Position numbers and translations under genes: made by a program. 64,000 bases of DNA from Heterodontus francisci (taxonomy: Eukaryota), in contig NC_090404.1 of NCBI RefSeq assembly GCF_036365525.1, positions 4,712,001 to 4,776,000 on the forward strand, given 5' to 3'. The notes beneath the pieces are model-generated. The model made no database searches. It was not told where the DNA came from and worked only from the letters and a program-made list of their open reading frames with translations. This document shows, piece after piece, positions 12,121 to 23,944 of this stretch (position 1 is the first letter of the stretch; each line of letters starts with the position of its first letter).

Positions 12121-12674
12121 TTTGCAGTCGCTGTGTTGCACAGGAACATCGGGGCCGGATCTGACAGTTCGTAGAAACCAATGTTTTAAATCTTCTGCTA
12201 AAGCCAATTAAATTCAAAGTTCAAACCTCACCAGAGGAAAATTCAGAGTTGTGCAAAAATGAGTGAGCTGTCCAATTAATCCCATTGTTCATATCGCTGC
12301 CAATTTGCACCCCCCACCCCCACTCCACTACCACCATCTATATGGCAACAAAACCAAAAGGGGAGATGAGAAGAATTTTGTTTTAATACAGAGATTTTCT
12401 GTGATCTGGAATGCACACCGTGAAAGGGTGCTTGAAGCAGATTGAATAGTAACTTTCAAAGGGAACTGGATAAATACCTGAGGGGAGGTGGAAGATTGTT
12501 GCAGGATTCACCCCATCCTTTCAACAAAAATATTACCCACATAATACCAGAGCAATTAGAAATTTCAAACAGCTTCTGATAACTATTAACAAGATTAAAG
12601 ATATTCTTCCATACAGAAAATGATTACACCCGCCCTATTTGGAACACTTCTATTAAATAGTAACACACGCAGGT

Positions 12675-12679
<5 letters not shown>

Positions 12680-12715
<36 letters not shown>

Positions 12716-12716
12716 A
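12680..12716 (+). repeat. (GA)n microsatellite
   Basis: Direct inspection. Confidence 0.9.
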
Positions 12717-13254
12717 AAACAGACACTTTTAAAAAGGCAGAAACACGAGGTGGTGAGAGATAAAAGCTGAGAAATAGAGAAAACAAGGAACACACAGAGA
12801 GAATGGCATAAAATTAAAGGGAGCAAACTGCCAGCTGCCGGTTTCAGAGAGCAGAGGGAGCTCAGTGACTGATCCACAGACATGGTCAGTTATGTCCGGA
12901 AATGGAGACTCGAAACAGAAACAAAAGGTTCATTTGTAAATGTCACCACAATGTGATCTGTGTGACTCTGCAACGACTCTGTGGACAGATATAGGCCGCC
13001 TTGGCATATGTTTCCACCAGATTGTGGCCCCTGGATTTATTTTCTGCTCAGAAGTGAGATGTGTGGTTTGGAACCGGCAGAAGAGAAACAGGAAGTTGTG
13101 TTGCCTGAGAATGAAATAGCAGGTGTCAATTTCAGGTTTTCACCATGAACAGTCTTCCTGCCTGTGAGGGTGGATTCAATCTGACAGCACCAAGAACAAG
13201 CTCAAAGATTGCTTCTGGTCTCAACATCACGTTCACCTCCATTCACATTTAATT

Positions 13255-13950
13255 CACATTTGATTCAGTGAGTTCAGTCTGCGAGAGAGGACAGCGGTTC
13301 ATTAAGTTCAGTCTGAGCAAGAGGAGAGAGGTTCAATGAGTTCAGTCTGAGAGAGGAGAGAGGTTCAGTGAGTTCATTCTGAGAGAGAGGCGAGTGATTC
13401 CGTGCGTTCAGTCTGAGAGGAGAGAAATTCAATGAGTTCAGTCTGAGAGAGAGGAGAGAGGTTCAGTGAGTTCAGTCTGAGAGAGAGGAGATTGATTCAG
13501 TGAGATCAGTCTGACAGAAAAGAGAGAAATTCAATGAGTTCCGTCTGAGAGACAAAAGAGAGATTCAGTGAGTTCAGTCTGAGCGAAAGGAGAGAGATTC
13601 AGTAAGTTCAGTCTGAGAGAGGAGAGAGAGGTTCAGTGAGTTCAGTCTGAGAGAGAGGAGAGAGATTCAGTGAGTTCAGTCTGAGAGAGAGGAGAGAGGT
13701 TCAGTGAGTTCAGTCTGAGAGAGAGGGGATAGGTCCAGTGAGTTCAGTCTGAGCGAGAGAAGAGTGATTCAGTGAGTTCAGTCTGAAAGAGAGGAGAGAG
13801 GTTCAGTGAGTTCAGTCTGAGAGAGAGAAGAGAGATTCAGTGAGTTCAGTCTGAGAGAGAGGAGAGAGATTCGGTGAGTTCAGTCTGAGAGAGGAGAGAG
13901 CTTCAGTGACTTCATTGCATCTGAGAGAGAGGTTCAATGAGTTCAGTGAC
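13255..13950 (+). repeat. ~34-bp minisatellite (GTTCAGTGAGTTCAGTCTGAGAGAGAGGAGAGAG), about 20 copies
   Basis: Near-perfect tandem units at 13420-13910. Confidence 0.95.
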
Positions 13951-14185
13951 AGACGTGTTCGCCTGGGCAATGGAAGGGTCTGTGTGAGATCACTTTCTCA
14001 ACAAGACCACACAACAGATTGTGTTGTGAATAGGTGTTATCGTTAATGAATGATACGGAATGCTATTACATTTTGAATAAATTGAAATTGAATAAAATGT
14101 TGTACAACGCTTCATGCACATAATCACTTATGTTAGTGCAATGCATTGCATGCATTAAGAAGTATGTGTTCTGGGCACACCGTAT

Positions 14186-14193
14186 CCACACAC

Positions 14194-14230
<37 letters not shown>

Positions 14231-14310
14231 GCCTCACACACGGTCACCCACAAACCACACACCCACACCCACAGAGCATACCACACACATGCACATACGC
14301 ACACACAGAA
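14186..14310 (+). repeat. (CA)n microsatellite; orthologous (TG)n tract at 5165-5184 in the inverted paralogous module
   Basis: Direct inspection. Confidence 0.85.
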
Positions 14311-14544
14311 ACATTTTGTTTTAGCTGGTTTCAGTTGCACCACTTAACTCGTTGATGAAAATCTAATCGGGTGGACATTAGGACCCTACGGCAGCCCATC
14401 TTGTGGTGCTGGGAGGACACGGTTCCAGACTCTGTCCAACACAATCTGTGGGTCAGGCGAAAGTTAAACAGAAATTCCTGCAGAAAAAAAAAATCCTTAA
14501 CATTAAAAAAAAACTATCAGCAATGGAGACAGTACAACACAAAT

Positions 14545-17500
14545 ATCATAGAGTTATGCAGGACATAAACAGGTCCTTCGGCCCATTGTGTCTTTCCCAT
14601 TCATCAAGCACCTAACTATTCTAATCCCATTTTCCAGCCATTGGCTCAGAGCCTTGTATACTATGGCGTTTCAGGTGCTCATCTATATACTTCTTGCTGT
14701 GAGGGTCCCTGCCTCTACCACCTCTTCAAGCAGTGCATTCTAGATTCCAACCACTCTCTGGGTGAAAATGTTTTCCTCAAATCCAGTCTAAACCTCCTGC
14801 ACCTTACCTTAAATCTATGCCCCCTGGTTATTGACCGCTCGGCTAAGGGAAAATGTTTCTTCCTATCTAACCTATCAATGCTCCTCATAATTTTGTATCC
14901 CTCAATCATATCTCCCCTCACCCTTTTCTGCTCTAAGGAAAACAACCGTAGCCTTTTCAGTCTCTCTGCATAGCTGAAATGCTCCAGCCCAAGCAGCATC
15001 CTGGTGAATCTTCTCAGCACCCTCTCCAGTGCAATCACATCCTTCCTATAGTGTGGTGCCCAGAACTGTGCCCAGTACTCTAGCTGTGGCCTAACTGGCA
15101 TTTTATACAGCTGCATCATAACCTCCCTGCTCTGAAATTCTATGCCTCGGCTCATGAAGGCAAGTATCCCATATGCTTTCCTAACCACCTTATCTACCTG
15201 TGCTGCTGCCTTCAGTGATCTATGGACAAGTACACCAAGGTCACTCTGACCCTCTGTATTTCCTAGGGTCCTACCATCCATTGCATATTGCGCTGCCTTG
15301 TTAGTCCTCCCAAAATGCATCACATCACACTTCTCAGGATTAAATTCCATTTGCCAAAGCTCCACCCATCTTACCAGCCCATCAACATCGGCCTGTAATC
15401 TGAGGCTTTCTCCTCACTATTTACGACACCACCAATTTTCGTGTCATCTGCGAACCTACTTCCATACCTCCTATGTTCACGTCTAAATCATTAATGTGCA
15501 CTAAAAACAGCAAGGGTCGCAGCAACGATCCCTGTGGTACACCACTGGTCACAGGCTTCCACTCACAAAAACAACCCTCGACCATCACCCTCTGCCTCCT
15601 GCCACTGAGCCCATTTTGGATCCAATTTGCCAAATTGCCTTGGATTCCATGGGCTCTTAGCTTCTTGACCAATCTCCCATGTGGGACCTTATCAAAAGCC
15701 TTACTGAAGTCCATAAATACTACATCAACTGCTTTACTCTCATCTACAAAATGTCATCACCGCCTCAAAAAATTCAATCAAGCTAGTCAGACATTATCTC
15801 CCACTGACAAAGCAATGCTCACTATCCCTGATTAATCCCTGCCTCTCCAATTGGAGATTACGCCTGTCCCTCAAAGATTTTTCCAATAGTTTCCCAACAA
15901 ATGATGTTAGACTCACTGGCCTGTAATTACCTGGTTTATCCCTGCTACCCTTCTTAAATAATGGTATCACATTCGCTGTCCCCCAATCCTCTGGTACCTC
16001 TCCTGTGGCCAGAGAGGATTTGAAACTTTGATTCAGAGCTCCAGCTACCCCCTCCCTTGCCTCACATAACAGCCTGTGTTACATCTCATCTGGGCCTGGG
16101 GATTTATACAGTTTTAAGCCCGATACAACTGCTAATTCTTCTTCCCTTTCAATGCTAATATGTTCAAGTATATCACAATCCCCCTCCCTGATCTCTACAC
16201 CTACATCGTCCTTCTCCATAGTGAACACAGATGAAAAGTAATCATTTAAAACCTCACCTATGTTCTCCGGCTCCACACACAGAATGCCACTTTGGTCCCT
16301 AATTGGTCCTACTCTTTCCCTGGTTATCCTCTTGCCTTTAATATACTTGCAAAACGCCTTAGGATTTTCCTTTATCTTGCCTGCCAGTGTTTTTTCATGT
16401 CCCCTCTTCGCTCTCCTAATTACTTATTTAAGTACCCCCCTACAATTTCTATACTCCTCTAGTACCTCCACTGTTTTCAGCACACTGAATATGCCATAAG
16501 TTTCCATTTTTTTACTGATCCAATCCTCTATATCCCTTAACATGTAGGGTTCCCTGAACTTGTTGGTTCTACCCTTCACCTTACTGGTTACATGTTGGCT
16601 CTGAACTCTCACTATTTCTTCTTTGAATGACTCCCACTGATCTGATGTCGACTTTCCTACAAGTTGCTGCTCTCAGTCCACTTTGGCCAGATCATGTTTT
16701 ATCATCCGAAAATCGGCCTTCTCCCAATTCAGTACCTTTATTTTCCGTCCATCTTTGTCTTTTTCCATAACTACCTTAAATCTTGCAGAGTTATGGACAC
16801 TATCCCCGAAATGTTCCCCCACTGACACTTCTGCCACTTGTCCAGCTTCATTCCCTAGGATTAGGTCCAGTACTGCCCCTTCTCTTGTTTGGACTATCTG
16901 CGTTCTGGCTGAAAAAGCTCTCCTGCATGAATTTTAAGACTTCTGCCCCCTTTAAGCTATTTGCACTGAGACTATCCCAGTTGATATTGGGGAAGTTGAA
17001 ATTCCCTGCTATTATTACCCTATTATTTTTACATCTCTCTGAGATTTGCCTACATATCTGCTCCTCTATCTCTCCCTGACTATTTGGAGGCCTGTCGTAC
17101 ACTCCGAGCCAAGTGATTGCCTCCTTTGTGTTTTTAAGTTCTACCCATTTGTGGAACCTTCTAAGATATCATCCCTCCTTATTGCAATAATTGACTCCTT
17201 TGATCAACAGTGCAAGGCCAACTCCTCTTTTACACCCTCCCCTATCATGCCTGAAGATCCTATTCCCTGGGATACTGAGCTGCCAGCACTGCCCTTCCCT
17301 CAACAATGACCCTGTGACAGTAATAATACCATATTCCCATGTGTTAATCAACACCCTCAATTCATCTGCCTTACTTGTAAGATTCCTTGCATTAAAATAG
17401 ATGCAATCCAGCCTTGCATTTTGCACTTGTGCCTTAACAGGTCTATATTTGCTCTGCCTTCCAGATTGACTCAGTTTATATCTATGACTATGCATCACCC

Positions 17501-17945
17501 TCTACTATACCAACACTCAGTATCCCATCCCCCTGCCAAGTTGGTTTAAACCCCCCCCCCCCCCCCCCCACCACCCCAACACCCCCCAACAGCACTAGCA
17601 AACCTCCCAGCAAGGATGTTGGCCCGTTCCGGTTCAGGTGCAACCCGTCCAACTTGTTCAGGTCCCAAATTTGCTGGAAACAGACCCAGTGCTCCAGGAA
17701 ATTAAAGCCTTCCCTCCTGCACCACCTCCTCAGCCACGCATTCATCTGCTCTGTCCTTCTAATCCTATACTCACGAGCACGTGGCACCGAGAGTAATCCA
17801 GGGATTACAACCTTTGAGATCCTGCTTGTTAATCTGCTTCCTAGCTCACTAAATTCTTGTTACAGGACCTCATCCCTCTTTTCACCTATGTCGTTGGTAC
17901 CAAAGTGTACTACGACCTCTGACTGTTCCCCTCCCCTTTCAGAAT
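14545..17945 (-). mobile_element. CR1 LINE: ORF1 C-terminal SGNH-esterase region plus frameshifted ORF2 and 3' tail
   Basis: ORFs 17488-17787 (NAWLRRWCRREGF..DGLHLN), 17169-17498 (CIYFNAR), 16848-17102 (YDRPP, GNFNFP), 15421-15714, 14715-15365. Confidence 0.92.
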
Positions 17946-18341
17946 ATGAATTAGTAAACTTTGACACAACAGAGTGTGTCACTAAGTAATGTAAAGCGCA
18001 GTGCACTATTGCTCACCTTTAGTCCTGTCCCTCAATCCCAGTTCATCTCTGGGAGACTGTTGGAGGATTCAACCCATCCTTTCAACACCAATATTACCCA
18101 CATAATAAAGAGCAATTAGAAATTGAACACAGCTGCTGATAATGATTCACAAAACTAAACGTATTTTTCCAACGAAAAATGATTAAATCCTCACACACAA
18201 ATGTTTATCTTTATATGTATTAATATATATGACTGTCACTGTCGTCCCATCTAGCTATATGTCTGTCTATCTCCCAATCTATCTGTCTGTCTGTCTCGCT
18301 TTATGGCTAGCTAGCTATCAAGCTATTTCTGTGGCTATATG

Positions 18342-18379
<38 letters not shown>

Positions 18380-21030
18380 AGAATATAAGAAATAGGAGCA
18401 GGAGTCGGTCATTCAGCCCCTCGAGCTAGCTTTGCTGTTCAATCAGATTATGGGCTGATCTGCTCATGACCTTAACTCCACTTTCCTGCCTGTCCACCAT
18501 AACCCTTGACTCTCTTATAGATCAAAAATTTGTATAACTCACCTTTGAATATATACAACGACCCAGCTTCCACTGCCCTCTGGGGAAGAGAATTCCAACC
18601 ACTAACGACCCTCTGAGAGAATAAATTCCTCTTCCTCCGTCTTAAATGCGAGACCCCTTATTTAGAGACTGTGCCCCCGAGTTCTAGATTCCCCCACGAG
18701 GGGAAACATCCTCTCCGCAGCTACCCTTTCAAACCCACTCAGAATCTTATATGTTTCAATAAGGTCATCTCTTATTCTTCTGAACTCCAATGAGTATAGG
18801 CCCAACCTACTAAACCATTTCTCATACGACAGCCCTTCATCCCAGTCACTGGACTAGTAATCCAGATGCCCAGGCTAGTGCTCTGGGGACATGGGTTAGA
18901 ATCCCACCACGGCAGATGGTGAAATTTGAATTCAATTAATAAACCTGGAATTGTAAAAACTAGTCTAATGTTGACCATGAAACCATGTCGATTGTTATAA
19001 AAACCCATCTGGTTCACTCATGTCCTTTCGAGAAGGAAATCTGCCGTCCTTGCCTTGTTTGGCCTACATGTGACTGCAGACCCAGAGCAATGTGGTTGAC
19101 TCTTAAAATGCCCTCTGAAATGGCCTCGCAAGCCATTCAGTTCAAGGCCAAATAAAGATGGGCAATAAATGTTCCCCTAGCCAGCGATGCCCATATCCCA
19201 TGAACAAATAAAAGAAAGGGAATCGGCCTAGTGAAACTTCTCTGAACTGCTTCCAATGCAAGTACATCCCTCCTTATGTAAGAAGACCAAAACTGTACCA
19301 ATGCCCTGTACAGTTGTAGCTAAAGTTCCCTACTTTTATACACCACCTTCCTTGCAATAAACACCAACATTCCATTTGCCTTCCTTATTACTTGCTGTAC
19401 CTGCATGCTAACTTTTTGTGATGCATGTACAAGGATACCCAGATCCCTCTGTACCACAGCATTCTGCAGTCTCTCTCCCTGTAAATATTATTCTGCTTTT
19501 CTAAACTCCTGCATTATACTCCATCTGCCAAATTCTTGCCCAGTCTCTTAATCTATCTATATATCTCTTTGCTGACAGTTGTGTCTTCCTTACAACTTGC
19601 TTTCCGAACAATTGTCCACAAATTTGGCTACATACACTCGGTCCTTTCATCCAAGTCATAAATATAGATTGTAAATAGTTGAGGCCCAAGCACTGATCCC
19701 TGTGGCAGTCCACTAGTTATGGTTTGCCAACCTGAAAATGTGCCATTTACCCTGTCTCTCTGTTTCCTGTTAATTATCCAATCCTCTATGTATGCGAACA
19801 TATTACCCCCAACACCATGAGCTCTTATCTTGTGTAATAAACTTTTTTGTGGCAGCTTATCGAACGCCTTTTGGAAATCCAAAAGCACAACAACTGTTGG
19901 TTCCATATTATGCACCCTGCTTGTTACATCGTCAAAGCACTGTAATAAATTTGCCAAATACAATTTCCTTTTCATAAACCATGTTGACTCTAACTGGTTG
20001 CATGATAGAGTCATAGAGTCATAACGGTACAGGAGGAGGCCATTCAGCCCACCGAGTCCATGCTGGCTCTCTGTAGAGCAATCCAATCAACCCTGTTCAC
20101 CAGTTCTATCTCCGTAGCCCGGAAAATGTATTTCTCTCAAGTGCTCATCCAATTTCCTATTGAAATCATTCATCATCTCTGCTTCCACACTCTCGTGGGC
20201 AACAAGTTCCAGGTCATTACCACAAGATGTATAAAGCAGTTCTTCCTCATATAACCACTGCATCTGTAGCCAAAAACCTTAAAATTGTCTCCTCTAATCC
20301 TTGCACCATCAGCGAATGGGAACAGATTTGCTTTATCTGCTCTATCCAAACCTGTCATAATCTTGCATACCTATATCAAATCTCTCCTCAGTCGCCTTTG
20401 CTCCAAGAAGAACAACACCAGATTCTCCAACCTAACCTTGCAGCTAACATTCCTCATCTCTGGGGCCATTCTTATAAATCTCCTCTGCACCCTCACATCC
20501 TTCCAAAGTGTGGTGACCAGTACTAGATGCAATACTTTAGTTGTGGCCTAACCCGAGCTTTACAGAGGCTCAGCATAACTTCCCTGCCTTTGAGCTCAAT
20601 ACTTCTATTTTTGAAGCCCAAGATCGCATATGCTTTGTTAACTCCTCTCTTACTATGTCCTGCTACCTTTAAAGATCTATACACATGAACCTCTAGTTCC
20701 CTCTGCCCCTGGACACTCTTTGGAACTGTAACATTTGGTCTATACTGCCTCGGCTTCCCCCTTTTGTCAAAATGCATCGCCTCACATATCTCTGTAATAA
20801 CTTCCATCTGCCACTTGCCTGTCCGTTATACTTGCCTATCTATGTACTTTTGCAGTTGATTTGTATCATCCTCATTGTCTGCCAAATGATTTTCTAAATG
20901 ACCTGTTTCTATTTCCTTAATCATGAATTCTAGCATTTTTCCAATGACACATGTTCGGCTAACCTGGCTATAGTTCCTTGCTTTCTGTCACCTTCTTTCT
21001 TGAATCGAGGTGTTACATTTGCGTTTGTCC
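18380..21030 (-). mobile_element. Nest of CR1 fragments (18380-18840, 19220-20000, nested 20005-20880, 20890-21030) inserted in a (TCTA)n microsatellite
   Basis: RT motifs in ORFs 19628-20086 and 20523-20807; TCTA tracts on both sides at 18245-18380 and 21030-21110. Confidence 0.8.
18845..19215 (+). mobile_element. tRNA-derived SINE sharing its 3' tail with the second LINE family; 5' fragment also at ~28030-28125
   Basis: Head TCACTGGACTAGTAATCCAG...GGGTT.GAATCCCACC; tail GATGGGCAATAAATG...CCAGCGATGCCCATATCCCATG matches the reverse of 26660-26730. Confidence 0.7.
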
Positions 21031-21031
21031 C

Positions 21032-21085
<54 letters not shown>

Positions 21086-21119
21086 AATCTAGCTGTCTAT
21101 CTATCTATCTTTGTAAGAG

Positions 21120-21450
21120 ATGTTTTACAGTGCAGCAATAAATAAGATAGGACCTGGTGTAATATAAAAAGAGACAGGAGAGAATGCAGTCTTGACTGAG
21201 ACAGGGCTGTGGGTAATATAATTTGAGACTGGGCCTTGTGCAGTAATAACTGAGACATTGCCGAGTGTAAAATAACCAGATACATGGTCTAGCCGAGTAA
21301 TGATCTGGGCATGTTCTAGTGTAATCTAAGCAAGGACTGGGGGAGGCCTAGTGGAATATAAACAAAAACAAGGTCATTTAAATAAAAAGTATGTGAGGGC
21401 CTTGTGTAATGTAACCAGAGACATGTTCTCGAGTAATAGAGACATCAACA
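21120..21450 (-). repeat. Degenerate 27-bp satellite, reverse orientation
   Basis: GTGTAATATAAA.AGAGACAGG-type units. Confidence 0.65.
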
Positions 21451-23074
21451 GTCAATTTTATTGTAAACAGAAAAAACAGTTAATATAGCAAGAACTGAGA
21501 GAGGGCCAAGTGAAGCTAATAAAGCTGCATGACCTCAAATAAAATAAACTAAGAGAGATTTTTACTTCAATATCCTTCCTAATAGCATTGTGAGTGTACC
21601 TACTCCACAGGGACTGCAGCTGTTCAAGAAAGCAGCTCACTATCACCTTCTCAAAGGATATTTTGGATCGGCAATTAATGTTGGCCTGGCCAGCGACACC
21701 CACAACCCATTAAACGAATAAATAAAATAGACTTTCACTGCCATCCGCTGGCCCGACATTGCCATTGCTCCTACTGTGAAAATGTCAATGTCGCTTGCTG
21801 TTTCTGTAGTAATGTGTCAAGAAACAACTCAACTAATTCCAGATGAACGTGGCCGATTTGTGCCTCGATACATCAGGAACAGTGCAAAGCGGTTGAATTC
21901 CAGTTTATGTATTTTTGTTGATCTTGGTTCAAGGGAGGAGTGTTGACCAGGACACAGTGTGGAACTATGGGACTTTTAATGTCCACCTCAACAAAAAAGG
22001 GGTGGGGGAGAGATTATTGTTTCAAAATGTCCCTGGAATGATATTGCCCTTTCATTAATGGACCCATTGGAAGCCTGGTTAATATACTCAGTTTCTGAAG
22101 CTGACATGGAATCCACAAATTACTGATTCTGAAATCAGAGTCAAGTTGTGTTACCCAAGTTGCTGCTGAAATGTTTCCTGTGTCCAGGTGACATTTTATA
22201 TCAACATTGGGTAATACCATTGCTGTTACGCTTCCGTATACTGATATCACAAATAGCAACTTCTGGATTACAATTACAAAACGTTTGATTGATACAATTG
22301 AAATTCATTGAATCATGGAATCTGACAGCACAGAAGGAGGCCATTCGGCCCATCGTGGCGGCTGCTTGAAAGAGCTATCCAATCAGTTCCATTCTCCTGG
22401 TCTTTCTCCAAAGTCCTGAAAATCTTTCCTTTTCATGTAATTATACAATACACTTTTGAAAGTTACAATTGAAAGTGGTTACACCAACCTTGCAGGTATT
22501 TCATTCCAGCTCATAACAACTCGCTGAACTTTAAAAATAAAACTCCTCATCTTCTCCCTTCTTCACTTACCATTGATTCTAAATCTGTGTCCTCTCGTTA
22601 TCAACATTCCTGCCAGTGGAAACTTTGTCATGGATATTTTTCCGTGCGATTTGTGTGGTTTAGAACGGGGAAATGTTCGTTCGAATGAGCGAGTTCAGAG
22701 GATTCAGTATTTCACCTTCTTCCTCAACACCTGAGGCCAAGAAGTTAGATGTTGATGTAATGTAGCTGATATCAGCTTTGCCTGACACGGGAAAGGTCCC
22801 TGGTCACTTGGGAAACCTTTCATTCAGTTTGTGACAGGATGTTGCTGGTTTACTAACAGTAATGTAAACTATTATCATTCGCCTGACAGATGAACTGTTT
22901 TGTGACAAAAGCAGAAAGCGCTGCAAATACTCAACAGGTCTGGCAGCATCTGTGGAGAGAGTAGCAGTGCTAAATTTTCAGGTCTGTGACCTTAACTCAG
23001 AACACAGATCAGCACTTTCTATTTTCATTTCACACTTCCATCATCGGCAGTTTTTCCTTTTATTGAACGCTTGC

Positions 23075-23146
23075 TTCCCTGGTCAGGAAACAAACCCGGC
23101 TGTGGCGGCAGGAACTCCCACTTCTAACCACTAGACCATCAAGCAA
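23075..23146 (-). pseudogene. Degenerate tRNA-Glu-like pseudogene
   Basis: Reverse strand reads ..TGATGGTCTAGTGGTTAGAAG...CCGGGTTTGTTTCCTGACCAGGGAA, matching vertebrate tRNA-Glu A box and 3' end; anticodon arm and B box degraded. Confidence 0.6.
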
Positions 23147-23944
23147 CAGGACCTGCGAGCTCCGGAGCCATTGTTGATATAATTGAAGGTATCGGTGTGA
23201 ATTTCTTAATTTAATTTGTGCTGGATGCAAAACCATTTCATAACGCTGCTGCTTCCAGATCTATTTAAATGTGTCTGTATATTTCGTTCACGTTTCGAGT
23301 CAGTCTGTCTTCATCCTGAAAGTACTTTCTGCCTGTTTATTTCCCTCTTACTTTTCATTTACACCTAAATATTATCACGGTCTTGTGTTTTATTTCTCTC
23401 TTTGGGAAATATTGTGCTGTTCCTTTAAGACTGTCAAAGATGAGTGCAACTTTCAGGCAGTAAGTTCCGGAGGGTCAGTGAGCCAGGGTGCATTCCGATT
23501 GCCAAACAGCAGCCACAGAGAAAGAGAGGACACGAGATTCAATGTTACAGGTTAGACTTTTAAAATTAGCCGAACAACTGTCAGAAGCGGAGCTCTGAGA
23601 CAATTTAAACTGAAAAAAACTGTGTTATTTCTCTCTCAAAATTCTACAAAGCGTCAAGCCGAATTAATTCTACAAAAAATAAGAAAAGGCTTCTTCTTTC
23701 ACAACAAGTTATCTGCTGTGTTCATTGCTGGAAAAAAAAGAAGAGGTTAATGCAACAACTGCCGAACTGCTGAACCTATATATTTGAGGTATCCTTTTTC
23801 TCATGGGACCATGGAAGTCTGCAAGTGAACTTTGACTGTAGTGTATTGGAAGACCAGTCGTAACTTACAGAGACTTGTTTATTTGTTCTATTTCTGAGAG
23901 GAAGATACACTTACAAATCAACAATCTTTTAAAACCGAGTTTCT

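Noticed and set aside
13255-13950. CRISPR-like regular array
   Set aside because: No unique spacers; vertebrate minisatellite
23457-23551. J-like ending EDTRFNVTG|GT
   Set aside because: No RSS or FGxG motif; treated instead as a diverged copy of the exon-like module
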